Below are positions 25,571-38,475 of a stretch of 64,000 nt of DNA, one piece after another. How positions within the stretch are numbered: the stretch's first letter is position 1; each line of letters starts with the position of its first letter. Position numbers and translations under genes: made by a program. The DNA is from Psammoneis japonica (lineage: Eukaryota). Under the pieces are notes generated by a model, which was not told the origin of the DNA, ran no database searches, and saw nothing but the letters and a program-made list of their open reading frames with translations. The DNA lies in assembly GCA_008632985.1 (NCBI GenBank), contig QPGO01000033.1:248001-312000 (forward strand). The letters are read 5' to 3'.

Positions 25571-28500
25571 ATGTCAGACGACGCGACTCAAATGGCCACG
25601 CTGTTGTCGTCCTTGACGCAACCCGACACAGACACCATTCGCCAAGCCGAGGTACAGCTCAAGCCGATACTGAAGGATCCGCGTTGTGTTCCGGCACTGG
25701 TGACTGTGCTGAGTTCCCCGTCGACACAGGCTCCCGCCGTTCGTCATGCTGCTTCGATTATTCTGAGGAAACGCATTGGAACTCATTATCCGAAATTCAG
25801 TGAAGCAGAACAGGCGCAACTCAAGAGCAAGATTCTTGACGTGCTCAGTACCGAACCAGAACGAACGGTACGACACGGAACAGTCGGAGTGGCGGCTGTC
25901 ATGTACAAGGTCGAGACCGGCAGTAAAGGAGACAAGGCGTGGCCCGAGCTCTTTACGTTTATTTCTGCGGCTGCCAGTGACGCAAACGCACAGGCTCGCG
26001 AATTGGCGTTTTGGTTGCTATCCGAAATGACGGAAACGATTGGAATGCATCTCAAACCGCAGTTTCAGGGCATGTCTACGCTATTTGCCAATGCTCTTAC
26101 AAGAGAGACGGACGCTAAGGTACAAAAGGCGGCCGTCAAGTCTGTGGGGCAGCTGCTGAGTTATCTATCGGACGAACAAGAAGTTGAGTGCTTTGCAACG
26201 CTCATCCCTCACGTCTTGCAAGTGGCCAACACGTGTCGATTGGCACACGACGAAGACACAGTCAGTGTCATTCTGGATGTGTTGTATGACTTGGCATACT
26301 CACCGTCGCAAGCCGTCACTCAACAATTCCAAGCCATTGTACGGTTCTGTCTCGACTGTATTTCCGATCCAATCCATTTAGAATTGGGAGTCAGGGACAG
26401 TGCGGCTCTTGTCATTGCCACCATGGCAGAGTCAAAACCAAAGACCTTTGGCAAGGACCAGCAGTTGGTATCTCAAGTTCTGGAAACGCTCTTTTCACTC
26501 ATTGAGAATTCAAACGAATCCGCCGCAGGCGCTCTCTTTGAATCCAACCCCGCCTGGCAAGACGATATCGACCATGAATCTGACGTTGACCTTGATTCTC
26601 CCACGGAAACATCCATGGCTCAGGGTACGCTCGACATGATGGCGTGTGAAATGCCAAAACGATACATTTTTGAACCCCTCGTGTCGAGATGCATTACCCG
26701 TCTATCCTCACCCGATCCACGACACCGCAAGGCCGGCATTGCCTGTTTGGGCGTCATTGCCGAAGGATGTGCCGAGCCACTCCGGGAAGTGCTACCACAA
26801 GTTATGGCGCACGTCTTTGCGGCTGCGGGAGACAATGATGCTCAAGTGCGAGAGTGTGCGTGCTTTTGTCTAGGACAAGTCAGTGAACACTGTCAACCCG
26901 AGATATTGGGATACAGTTCTCAGATACTCCCCATTGTCTTTGCGCTCTTGGATGATGCCAATGTGGCGGTTCAAGCCACATCGTGCTATGTCTTGGAAAT
27001 GTTTTGTGAACGACTCGAGCCGGAAGCCGTCCGGCCGCTCTTGGATGCATTGGTACGCAAGCTGGCCAACATGTTGGAGACCACCACCAAGCGGAGTGTT
27101 CAAGAAATGGCGGTTGCCGCCATGGCAGCCACCGCCGTGGCGGCGGAAGAAGAGTTTGCCCCGTACGTGACGGGCGTGGCGGCAATTATGGGTCGATTCA
27201 TGGTCTTGACGGATGAAAAGATGTACTCGTTGCGTGGACGGGCCCTCGAGTGCATGGGGCACATTGCCATTGCCGTGGGTAAAGAGACCTTTCGCCCGTA
27301 CTTTAGCGACACGATGAAGTGTGCATGCGAGGGACTGACTCTGGACAGCACCGAGTTGCACGAATTCGCCTATGCCGTCTTTGCCAATTTGGCAAAAGTC
27401 ATGCAAACCGAGTTTGCTCCAGTCTTGTCAGAGCTCGTACCGCACCTCATCAAGGTGATTGGAACGGATGAGGGACAAATTGAGGCTGTTGAGAGAAACG
27501 AAAACGTAAGCGCTTGTGTGTTGGTTACAGTAACGACATGATGTTTGTACTGCGCAGCCTCACTCACGTATCTAGCGGGAATTGCAATCGCTTGCCATCT
27601 TGACTCGTCCTCAGGGCAATGCTGCGGCTGGCCAGTTTAGCAGTTTGGACGATTCCGACGACGAAGGCGAAGGTGGAAATTTTGTTTTGCACGTTCGAAC
27701 GGCTCTACTCGATGCCAAGAAGGGAGCCATTACTGCCATTGGCGAAATGGCTGCCCACACGGGTTCGGCCTTTGTCCCTCATTTGGAAGCTACGATGGAA
27801 GTACTACGAAAGGAAGCCAACAATTGGCACCCTCTCATCAAGAGCGAGGTGGCGGAAGCGCTGCCATCCATGGTGGTGCCGGTTGTGGTTGCGCAACACG
27901 GCGGAGAAGTACCGTGGAAAAAGGGGGAAATTAGCGATGCCAACCCTATGAGTGAAATGACAAACACTATCGCTTCGGCCGTCATGACAGAACTGATTGA
28001 AATGCAAAAGGACGACGAGAAAGCTGTGGTGGGCAAGGCCTGCGAGGGTATCCAATCGGTACTAGAGCAGTGCGGACCGCATGCTCTCCTTCCCGTTGCC
28101 CAGAAGTGTTTGGAAAATACATATGACCTCCTGAACAAGACCGCGCCTTGTCAGGGTGACCACGAAGCCTATGGAGAGGCCGACGACGACGACGATGATG
28201 ACCACGAGGCATTCATGACGTCTGTGTGTGACTTGGTTGGATCCTATGCTCGTGTCATGGGTGCTCAGTTTGCTCAATATCTCCCCCATTTCCTTCCCGC
28301 CATTTGCGAATACTGCAAATCTTCCCGCCCGCCATCGGACCGGTCCATGGGTATGGGATGTCTGAGTGAGCTCGCGCAAGAGCTTGAAGGTGCGATTGTC
28401 GATCAGTGGCAGCCAGTGTTTTTCCCCGCAGTCATTGCTGGCCTTGGCGACTCAGATGAGAATGTGAAGCGCAACGCCGCATTCTGTGCTGGAGTCTGTT

Positions 28501-28898
28501 GTGAACACTTGGAACAAGCCGCGACAGCGCAATACCCACAGTTGCTCCAGGCAATCAGTCCTCTATTTGCGATTGACACCTCCTCCGGGGAGTCTGCGGC
28601 CGCTTGCGTGGACAATGCTGCAGCTGCCGTGTCGAGAATGATAATGGCATCACCGTCCAATGTTCCGCTAGCGCAAGTCCTCCCGGTCTTGTTGTCACAG
28701 CTCCCTCTCAAAACAGACATGACGGAGAATGAAACAGTCTATACATGTCTTTTAGGATTGCTACAACTGCATCAACCGGATGCGCTGAGCAACAAAGAAG
28801 AACTGCGAAGAGTATTTACGCAGGCTACTGCAGAAAATAGTCGGGTAGACGAAGCGCTTCAGTCAAAATTGAAGCTGGCGCTACAGGCACTGAACTAG
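25571..28898 (+). CDS. IPO4: Importin-4 (importin-beta family HEAT-repeat protein); intron 27506-27614, ~1072 aa
   Basis: IBN_N-like N-terminus (PDTDTIRQAEVQL...VRHAASIILRKRI), HEAT repeats, NVKRNAAFCAG, VDNAAAAVSRMI and LPLKTDMTEN. A phase-0 GT-AG intron joins the two ORFs. Confidence 0.88.
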
Positions 28899-29320
28899 TC
28901 ATTTTTTGTTAGTTTGATGTTCAAACCCCAGTCGATCCAAAACTTCTCCGATTCAAGCTTCCCCTTTGCTAATCGTATCCAGAACTTAGCCCACAAAATT
29001 CAGTCGAAAGCATTCCCCCTAAAACATGTCCACGTTCACGTCTACTGTAGCACGTTCAAAGAAAGCATTTCCCCAAACAGTCGTTTGGTCCAGCTGGTCA
29101 ATGGCCCACTCATGGTGTGACCCAATGTTTTTTGGTGTCTTGGACTGGATTGTCAAGCTCACCTTCCTCTGACCCCACACCAGATCTCCAACCCATGCCA
29201 CTCTCATTGGAGAGCAAGGAGTCACCTTCAAGAACTGGTGGACAAGCTTTTCCTTGTTGACTGAGACTGAACAAAAAATGGTTTCTGTTAAAGAACCGCT
29301 CAGCAGAAGTGTTTGTGACT

Positions 29321-29321
29321 G

Positions 29322-29361
<40 letters not shown>
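29321..29361. repeat. (GCT/CTG)n microsatellite
   Basis: gtgctgctgctg... about 12 units. Confidence 0.9.
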
Positions 29362-29364
<3 letters not shown>

Positions 29365-29954
29365 CAAGGAGGAGCAGCACTGCACAGCTGTCAGGTGAAG
29401 ATTTGGCAAGATGTGCCTTTCCTTTTTTGATGGATGGTCTCCCGAGCTTTGTCGTTTTTCCCCAGACAAGCAGTCTGCAGATCTGTAACAGCAAAGTTGG
29501 TCAGCCCAGCCCAGGCAGGAGCATTGCATCTTCGCTGATTTTTCCCATGAGTGCAGCACTCCCCAGCCAACCTCACTCCAGCCCTGCACTGTGATGGGGC
29601 TCTTTCTGCCTCAAACAGATGAACATCCCACTTGAACCCAAAATTCAACTGGATGTCATGGTTGAGTCAACAAGACGACACCCAAGGATGCCCTGTGCTT
29701 GTCCTCCTTTGCAACCCTGCACACTGCTCTTCTTGACATCGCTTCATGCTGCCACCAGCATTTGCAGTTGAGCTGCTCCTGAAGACAGCATCTTTGCCCC
29801 CCCCCCCCCCCCCCATGCCAGCAGCAACTTTTCTGACAGCCCTCCACACCGCTGGTGGAAGCTCCAGAAATGTTCACATTTAGCCGCGCCATTCTTGTTG
29901 GAGTGGCCATGACTTTTAAAATGTTGGACTCACTGCTGCTGCCAAAGATGTTGC

Positions 29955-30509
29955 CCATGGTTGCCTTTTCTTCACACATGCAAGAGAAGTTTGTGCAGAG
30001 AAGCATGAGGGTGGCAGCAGAAGGAGGCACCGAACAGAGGCATGGAACAGACTGTTGGGGTGGAGGAAAGCAGAGCAGAAGGAGGAGCGCATGTCATCAT
30101 CATGGTGCAACCCATGGTTGCCTCTTCTTCACACACGTGCAAGAGAAGTTTGTGCAGAGAAGCATGAGGAGCAGCAGAAGGAGGCATTGAACAGACTGTT
30201 GGGGTGGAGGAAAGCAGAGCAGAAGGAGGAGCACATGTCGTCATCATGATGCAGCCCATGGCTGCCTCTTCTTCACACACATGCAAGAGAAGTTTGTGTT
30301 GAGAAGCATGAGGGCAGCAGAAGGAGGCACGGAACAGACTGTCGGGGTGGAGGAAAGCAGAGGTGGAAGGAGGAGCGTGTGTCGCCATCATGATGCAACC
30401 CATGGCTGCCTCTTCTTCACACACATGCAAGAGAAGTTTGTGTTGAGAAGCATGGGGGGCAGCAGAAGGAGGCACTGAACAGACTGTCGGGGCAGAGGAA
30501 AGCAGAGGA
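29955..30509. repeat. Minisatellite, ~145-bp unit, 3 full copies plus 1 partial
   Basis: Units begin ccatgg(t/c)tgcct...cacatgcaagagaagtttgtg at ~29955, 30111, 30256 and 30399. Confidence 0.9.
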
Positions 30510-31989
30510 GCAGAGTGCAACATGCAGCCACCAATGAGAGTCAACGCATCATGGCGATGTGTTGCAGCCTCCAAATGTCACAAAGGGCGTGACAAAAACA
30601 GCCTTTTGCCTGCATGCATGCTGCATTGTGAATTCACAGCGGAGTGGTTCATCGCAACCATTGGGCAAGAGGCCAGGGGTTCAAAACCCTGAGTGGGAGT
30701 TGTCTGCAGCAACGTTGATCACTGTCGAACGCGCAAAACTCTGTGCAGTTCTGCATGTTCCTTCATGCGCACCCACACTGTTCCGCCAAAACCGTGCAGT
30801 GTCAGCGCACGTCAGCAAAGAGCCGTGTGGATGCGCGACACATGGGGAGGAGTGCAACACACAGCCACCAACGAGAGTCAACACATCACGGCGACTTGTT
30901 GCAGCCTTTAAATGTCACAAAGGGCGTGACAAAAACCAGGCCTGCGGGGAGCATTGACCACTTGTCTTTCTTTGTGGGTGTGGGTGCATGTGTGCCGTTG
31001 CGTGCTGCATTGCCTGTACGTGCGCAGGGCCCTGCCGCCGGGGCCGGCATTGTGGCGGCTGAGTGGCGTGGCCACCGCACCGGTGACGCGGATGACCGTT
31101 GTGTTTGATGTCTCATGCCATTTTTGGGGCTGTGGCGAGGTGCACGGACACTCTTTTTTTTCCAATTTATTGCCGTAATGGCGCATCGCACAAACTCACT
31201 TGTTGTTCGACATGTTTTCCCCAACATGACTTTTTCGTGTAGAATTCACGACAAATTGTCTTTGTGCACAACTGAGTGCATTTTTGAACATGCCACGCCG
31301 GCAATCCCAATTTTTCAGAACTTTCGAGCTCTCCTAAAAAACCGTGCCACACACCCGTCGCAGGGAATTTGTCGATTTTTTAGGATGTCCCCACAACCTC
31401 TCATGTCCTCAATGATCATTCTGCGAATCCGAAGAATTCATCTGCACCAAACAACCCATGCCCTTTCAAAATCCAAGGGACACACTTTCAAATTCAGACG
31501 GACAACCCAACTGCCCGACCCCCTGACTGCCCGACTGCCCGACTGCCTGACTGCCGGACCGACACGAAAAAGTCTGCAATCACCAACCACTGAGTGGTCA
31601 ATGACAACCTTTTGTCTGCGTGCATGCTGCAAGAAGGAGGAGAGTGCATGTCATCGCCATGATGCAAGGTCAAGAGTGTGCAGGGTGTTTTGCAGATGGG
31701 ATGGGTGTACGAAGGGTAGAAAAGAACCGAAGAGCATGGGTGGAAAGGTGGCAAATGATGTTGTAGCTCAAGGTTTGCGTCGCCCATTGGGAAGGGGGGA
31801 AGGACTGGCAGGTGCTGCCGAAGCGATTGTCCTGAATGATCTCGCATCTTTTGCCGTTGGGCGGCCAGCTCCGCGCGACGCGACTGGAAAAATGTGGCAC
31901 GCCCGATCGCCATCGATCGCCGCAAAGACCCAAGACAACAACATGGACAGCCTATTTCAAAAAGAAAGAGCAAAGCAATAATAACCATC

Positions 31990-33354
31990 ATGGCGTTAAT
32001 GCTACTTGCTGGTGTGGCGTACGCTACTTATCACGCTCATCAGTCGGGGCAGCAAGAGGAAGGTGATGATTCGGAAATCGACTTGGAGGGCAAGACACCC
32101 ATCACACTGCTCCCTCCAGAGCAAACGTTGGGGCTTTTGGAGGCTCCCATGTCAACCATTACCTATCTAAATGGAGATTACATGGTGGCTGCCGAGCACT
32201 TGAGTCAGCGTGTACAAGATATCATTGCCAAGAATCCGTGGGTTGGTGGATGGGTTGCCAAGGAAAAGGGAGGAGAGATCAAACTCTGGTATGATGAGAC
32301 GGGTAAAGAGGTTGCACCGGGAACATTTCGAGTGTATGAACCGAACGAAGTTAAACTATATTCGGATACACCTTTTGAAAAGTACATAGAGATTGCCGAG
32401 GCGTATCTAGAAGCTACAAAAAACGATCGAGACAAAGTGAAGATTCTCAAAACGGTTGATCTCGTGGGAAAGAATCGAGCTGCTTGGCGAGTATCCATTG
32501 TTCCTTGCGTCGACAAACCCGATTCCAAGTTTGTCATGATCGTATCCATGTCGCGTATACTGGGCGATCCGCGCACATTCTATCAGCTTTACTCCATGCT
32601 CAACAAGGACGTTGAGGTTTATGCGCTCAACCCAAAGCGACGCCTGGAGTGCAGTGAGATTGCTATGGAACATTTTGGAAGAGAAGAAACATATTATATC
32701 AAGAACGCAACGACTAATCCACTTTGGGAGTGGACTCACAAAGAGCCAAACCCAACCAAAATCTTGATCTTTTCAATATCCAAAGACTGGCTTAGTACAA
32801 ATATGGAAACCGAAGAAAATGATTTCGAATACCCGTTCCTAACATCTTGGTTCTTCAATACACTTAAGCCAACTGTTGGAATGATGCCCTTTGACTTTCG
32901 CGACGAGCTTGACAACTCCGTTGTGACAGAGACGGATGCGGGAAACTATATCGCTGCCATTCCTCTCACAGGGGTGGACTACTTGAACCCGAACCTTGTC
33001 CAAAAAGCACTTTTAACTCACAAGCGATGTGGCTCTCATCCTCTTTCCCCTTTGCCTGGATTTCAGTGGGATGCCACGTTTGCCTTCACCAACGACTGGT
33101 CCAAGTATCTTTTGACGCGAGTGAATTTCGGGGACGACAATATTCGAGAGACTATGCACCTGCCCTTGTATGACACAAGGGACCTGACCAACATCCCAAA
33201 TAAATTGTCAGCCCTCTATATCTTTAGGCTATGTCCCGAAAGTGAGGATGGGAGCAGCAAACAACGGCTGGGTGCTGTGGTGATTGCTCCAAGGACCGCC
33301 TGTGACGTGATTGAATCTTCTAGCATTGTTGACGAGATGATTGCTAGGTTCTAG
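31990..33354 (+). CDS. Hypothetical protein, possibly CoA-dependent acyltransferase-like fold
   Basis: 455-codon ORF with normal Tyr usage. IIAKNPWVGG and VSMSRILGD resemble an HXXXD motif with His replaced by Arg; the fold assignment is tentative. Confidence 0.7.
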   Translation: MALMLLAGVAYATYHAHQSGQQEEGDDSEIDLEGKTPITLLPPEQTLGLLEAPMSTITYLNGDYMVAAEHLSQRVQDIIAKNPWVGGWVAKEKGGEIKLWYDETGKEVAPGTFRVYEPNEVKLYSDTPFEKYIEIAEAYLEATKNDRDKVKILKTVDLVGKNRAAWRVSIVPCVDKPDSKFVMIVSMSRILGDPRTFYQLYSMLNKDVEVYALNPKRRLECSEIAMEHFGREETYYIKNATTNPLWEWTHKEPNPTKILIFSISKDWLSTNMETEENDFEYPFLTSWFFNTLKPTVGMMPFDFRDELDNSVVTETDAGNYIAAIPLTGVDYLNPNLVQKALLTHKRCGSHPLSPLPGFQWDATFAFTNDWSKYLLTRVNFGDDNIRETMHLPLYDTRDLTNIPNKLSALYIFRLCPESEDGSSKQRLGAVVIAPRTACDVIESSSIVDEMIARF

Positions 33355-34190
33355 AGAGAAATTATTATTATTTTCAAAACTGGCGGCCTAACTGCATAGT
33401 CGTAGGTGGCATATGATTGATGTGAAACAAAAGCTGAGCTTTCTGATAGTTTCTAGAAGGTACTCTACGAATTAGGATTAGGACACCGACATCTTTTGAA
33501 TTTCGAACTATTTCATATGCCAAAGGCACAAATGTGAATAACTAGGATAGCAGTTCCCCACAATACTCCACTCTCTAGAGGGACGGCCCTCTACTCTCTA
33601 GGGCCCTACTCTAGCTAAGAGAAGGGCTCCACTCTACGGGCCCTACAAAAAGTTGCCCACTACTAGAGAGGGCCTACGGTAGGAGAGAGGGCTACCTTTC
33701 GTCGAGTGAGGATCGATGATCCGATTTCTTGAAATGATATGTCAGAGTTGAGAGTACGGTACAGTGCAGTACAGTTTTACCGTAGCATACTTACACAGAA
33801 CGGTACTGTAGATAAGACTGGTACGTATAGTTTATATACAAATTCTAATACCAAATATTTATAATTTACTATTAGCGCTTGGATATCGCACAATATCAGT
33901 TGAGCGTTGAGCGTTGAGCGTTGGGAGCTCACTTTTTGCGGTCCCTTCACTTTTGCGCATTCAAAGGGAAGTCCTACCTCTCTCTGTTTGGCGCTCCCCC
34001 ACTTCCACGACACCGTTCATAACAAGCTACACTCCCACTTGCTAGGACCCTACTTCTTCTCGTTCAGCCGACCGATTCAAGTTGCGTCAAAGCGAAATCG
34101 AACCGGTTTGCGCAACGATGGTCATACCTTTGCATCGTCATAGCAGCACATTCGACAAAAAAAATTACCCAGTCGAATTTTTGACACAAC

Positions 34191-35420
34191 ATGATTTCGT
34201 CTTTCCACCTAGTCGCGTTTTACACGTTGTTTGCGTGCATCGTGCTTCTGCAAGTTCATCTATTGATCTATAGCAGCGCCGTGATAAAAGATACCAAAGG
34301 CCATACGAAAGCCCCACAATCACAACAAGCATTTACACAAGAGGATAAAGTTGATCACGACAAGATTGAGCAAGTAAGAAAAGCAGGAGTGCTCTCTCAC
34401 AGATTCCAGGGGAAAACCTTCCGTTACAACAATCCCGCATGCTTGGACCAAGATGAGAAGACTCAAGCAGATCAAGATTGGTATCGTCGCGCACCGTTGG
34501 TAGTGGTGATTGGAGCAATGAAATCAGGAACACAGGCTTTATCATTCTATCTTCGTCAACACCCCAACATTGCCAACACGAGAGAACCAGAGTCTCACTT
34601 TTTTGATGTAGCCTTTGACTCATTTGCAACACCGGAAGGCATTCTGAAGAGGGATGCGCGGGCCAAGTACGCCAACTATGTTCGTGCCCAGAGCATTAGT
34701 CCAGATATTGATATCGCTACAAATGTGTCGTTGATTGGGTTGGACACCACACCAATGTACTTTTTCTGGTCTGACGTGGTACCATCGCGATTGTTTTGTG
34801 TGGCGCCGTGGGTGAAGATCATCTTGATTCTTCGTGATCCTGTTGACCGAGCGTTCTCGCAGTACAACATGATGGTTCGGCGGGGCAAGACGTCGGACTC
34901 ATTTGAGACGTGGATTGAGCGTGATTTGCAAAGGTTGTATTCCCGTGGAGTTATTGAAAAGACTTGGGGTACGGAGAACAGGAATCACGCTGTGGATGTT
35001 GCCGATCCATTGCTTACAGGTTCCAAAGGGGAAAGAACGGCATGGATGAACTACTCTGGACAAACCTCAGGAAAATTCTCTGATGCCGCAGGCAGTATTG
35101 TTGGCAAGGGCCTGTATTCAATTCAACTACAACATTGGTGGGAGGCCATGGATAGAGCAAACAAGCGAAGGTCCGACATGTTAATTTTGAATTCAGCAGA
35201 GATGGAGGAAAACCCAAGCAAAATAGCCGATCGCGTTGTGAATTTCTTGTCCTTGCCGAGCTTCAAGTTGCAGAGCGATGAGACGAGGCATGTCGGAAAC
35301 TATGCTACGGGAGGCATGAAACGTGAATCCCGTGAAATGCTACAAGACTTTTATAGACCATACAATCAACAGCTCTACAAAATGCTGGGTTCCGAATGGG
35401 AAGGTGCATGGGATAAGTGA
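34191..35420 (+). CDS. Membrane-anchored sulfotransferase (heparan sulfate 3-O-sulfotransferase-like)
   Basis: N-terminal TM anchor; PAPS-binding IGAMKSGT; ILILRDPVDRAFSQY; C-terminal FYRPYNQQL. Confidence 0.88.
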   Translation: MISSFHLVAFYTLFACIVLLQVHLLIYSSAVIKDTKGHTKAPQSQQAFTQEDKVDHDKIEQVRKAGVLSHRFQGKTFRYNNPACLDQDEKTQADQDWYRRAPLVVVIGAMKSGTQALSFYLRQHPNIANTREPESHFFDVAFDSFATPEGILKRDARAKYANYVRAQSISPDIDIATNVSLIGLDTTPMYFFWSDVVPSRLFCVAPWVKIILILRDPVDRAFSQYNMMVRRGKTSDSFETWIERDLQRLYSRGVIEKTWGTENRNHAVDVADPLLTGSKGERTAWMNYSGQTSGKFSDAAGSIVGKGLYSIQLQHWWEAMDRANKRRSDMLILNSAEMEENPSKIADRVVNFLSLPSFKLQSDETRHVGNYATGGMKRESREMLQDFYRPYNQQLYKMLGSEWEGAWDK

Positions 35421-35561
35421 AGAATAGAATTTATATTTACGAGTGTTGTTGTCTGTACTGATCTTCTTCTTTGACAGTAGCATTATTTTCTGTGGCTCGA
35501 TCCGAGGATACAGCTCCAGAACTCAATACGACTTCGAGGGGAATCTCATTCCTACAATTGC

Positions 35562-36145
35562 TTACGCCAAGCATTTGTTCAAGTTAGATATCCCTCCCGC
35601 ATTCAAAACATTTGTGTATCCCTTATCCTCCAAAACTTCCTTTGCTTTCTTTGCTCGGCGACCCGAAGCACAGAACACCACCACACAAGCTAAAATACCC
35701 AAAGAGACAACAGTTAGCTTTTCTCAGTTTGCCAGGGTAGTATGCAAGTTGAAAGCAGTCCGTTTCACTTACCATTCTTGTTGGGAATTAGTTCGTCAGC
35801 TTGGTTTTGTAGCACTTGATTTTCGTCCGGTGACCCTGGCGTATGCACGTAGGGCCTGCCAAAGGGCGCTTCTTTGATTTCCCCGTCACCGCGAATGTCG
35901 ACAAAAACTACATTTGGATCCTGGGTTGCCTTGGTGATTTCCTCGTCAGATGCAATTCCCAAGCCACTCGACATGAAGCTTTGCAAGGGATTGTACATGG
36001 CACGTTGTTGTGCGTTACCTTGAGCTAGACTCCACCCGAGGGACGAAGAAGGAAGAATCTGTTGCCGCTGCAAGTGCGGGAGTGGTGCGAATGATTTTAC
36101 TGACCAAGTCGTCAGAAGCGTAGTCAAGAGTGCGAGTCGGGACAT
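35562..36145 (-). CDS. Rhodanese-like domain protein, probably plastid-targeted; intron 35772-35690
   Basis: Signal peptide plus VKS-FAP motif; FVDIRGDGE. Spliced exon 2 reads VVVFCASGRRAKKAKEVLEDKGYTNVLNAGGI. Confidence 0.85.
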
Positions 36146-36491
36146 CAAACTCTTTGCAGATTACTGTACTTCAGGTGTCCGTTGGCGGTTGCGTCGGCCG
36201 GAGCTTTTCAAATTGTGAGACGAACATGGTCAGCCTCTGCCAACGGGTGTAATCTGAGGCCTAATTGTAAGATTGCTACTTACGATACGTAATTTCGCGT
36301 AGAAACAACTGTGAAGCCTCTACTGTACCAAAGGGCCTTTCGCCGGCAGACGCAAGAGCAGAGAAAATGTGACGGACGAGAACAGACGGGAAAGGGCGGG
36401 AAAAGGAAGGACAGACAGACGTCGGGATCCTTCGGTTTTATTTTCGTTCGCATCTCTCGCATCACCAACGCATCATCTTGACATCCTGACG

Positions 36492-38077
36492 ATGGGACCC
36501 CCCAAAGTGTCGGCAACATGCACCCTTCTACTCTTATTGGGTGCTCAAACACATGGACTAATCACTTCTGAAAGCTTTGTGGTGAAACTGAATCTCCAAA
36601 GACGTCAACGACGCTATGAAAGACTGCCATCACTGAAATCCGCGAGAGTAGATCCCGAAAAGAAGATCCGACAACGTCCTCGTCATGTTTACAAGCATCT
36701 ATACAGACACTACGATGATGTAAGCTTTGACTCGTGGCTTAGATGTGATGAACCTTTTGATTTCCTTGTCTCTGTCGGATACAAGCCATCAGAAGTCGAA
36801 GATCTCGCCAATTCATGTCCTAAGATTCTCACACAAAATGTGCACAGCACCTTGGCACCCAAGATTAGATTTCTTGTGGAAACCCTTGGCGGAGGAACGG
36901 GTGCACTCACTTGGGCAAGTGAAGAGGCTGCCATGCAGGCACTTGACTATTTTGACGACGAAGAAGAAGAATGTCCGACATTCAAGCCCTTTGAACAGAG
37001 CCCTCATTCTATGAGAGTATCCAAGCAGGCAAAGCACAGCGTACCCCCCGGGTTTTACAGCTGCAATCTTGATCGCACCTTGGGACCTCGGCATGCCTAT
37101 CTGATGCATCACAACTTACCACATGGTTCCCAACTATTGGAAAATCCAAAATTACTGGAGGACTTATTAGAAATGTGTGACACAAAGGCTCCCAAGGAGA
37201 ATTTCGCTGATATGTGCAGTCGCTGGGAAGCACTAAAATCGAACAATCCAAAAGTCCATACAACAGAGGACATTGAAATATTCGAAGGAGCCTTCTGTCC
37301 TGGACTCGTTCCGGCGGCCAAGCAGGCCAACCCTTTCTTGGAAAAAGCCAACTGTACACCAGACAAAGCGATTCATCTGTTGATATCAAACGGAGCCAAC
37401 CACCTTGAAACCGACTGCTACGGAGTCAAGCCATTGTACTGGGCTGCAGGTTCTGGCATGATTAAGGGCGTACGTGCATTGCTTGAGGCGCACTTGAGAG
37501 CAAGGGCCGATGGTTTTTGCCAAGACAATTATGCAGACTTTTTGATTTACGAGCAATCGGCCAAAGGCGGAGCAACACCGTTCCATTGGGCTTGTTGCGG
37601 CGTAAGTACCAAGGGCGGTATTGGCTTTGGAGGTAAATGGCTTCATGGTGTTATTGCAACTAAGATGGGATCCGGGTTTGCATAATCAGACTGACAGAAT
37701 GTCTCTATTCGTATGTAGGTTCTCTAGATGTGTGCAAGCTATTCCTAGACAAAGTTGGAACAAGGAAGCTGGAAATTGTCAATGCCAAAACCTGGTCTCA
37801 ATCTACCCCTCTCATGTGGGCATCATGGGCCTCCTCGAATCTTGCCGTGGTGGAATTTCTCGTCAAGGAAGGAGCCGATCTCCATGCTACCGGCAACGAC
37901 GGAACCACCGCTGCTCACTGGGCTGCCGCTGGAGGACAGTTGGACGTGTGCCAATACCTAAAAGGTCAAGGAGTTGATTTCACTCTTGAGGATGACAACG
38001 GAAAATCTCCTCTAGACTATGCAAAGACATACGATCGACGTGACATTGTGGACTGGATCGAAGCTGAAGCACTGTAG
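36492..38077 (+). CDS. Ankyrin-repeat protein with N-terminal signal peptide; intron 37633-37718
   Basis: Repeats KPLYWAAGSG, TPFHWACCG, TPLMWASW, TAAHWAAAGG and SPLDYA. A GT-AG intron joins the two ORFs in frame. Confidence 0.82.
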
Positions 38078-38475
38078 TGCATTTTCTTACAAAGGAGAAA
38101 ACACAACGGAATGTTTCAAGTTACGTCGGCATTTCGAACCACAGTACTCGAGCTGTGGCTTCTTATGCCCAGGCACTGAATTAAAATGTTTCCACGTTGC
38201 GTCGGTTTGGAAATAAGATTGTACGGCGGGCTAGAAATCACGAAGGACCACTGATCGCGACTTTGCTCCACCTTCTTGCTCGATACCAAGCTAGCTAGGT
38301 AAGACGCTCCTCTCCTTGCACTAAAGAGAGAGCGTACTGTACAAATAAAATATAAAGGTATCGAGCAAGCAAATTGTTTGCGAATATAGTTCTTTACGTT
38401 GGATTGTGCAGCCCTGCAAAGGGCACATAAAAGGTAAAGTAACAAAACACGAAAAGATTCAAACTAGCAATCATT

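Larger units (their letters stand above)
29050..31700. mobile_element. TpA-depleted repeat-rich block
   Basis: Very few TA. Contains a (CTG)n tract, poly-C, a minisatellite and dispersed direct repeats (30514-30598 vs 30850-30936). Confidence 0.45.

Noticed and set aside
29955..30509. CRISPR-like periodicity
   Set aside because: Whole units repeat with no unique spacers, there are no cas genes, and the context is eukaryotic.
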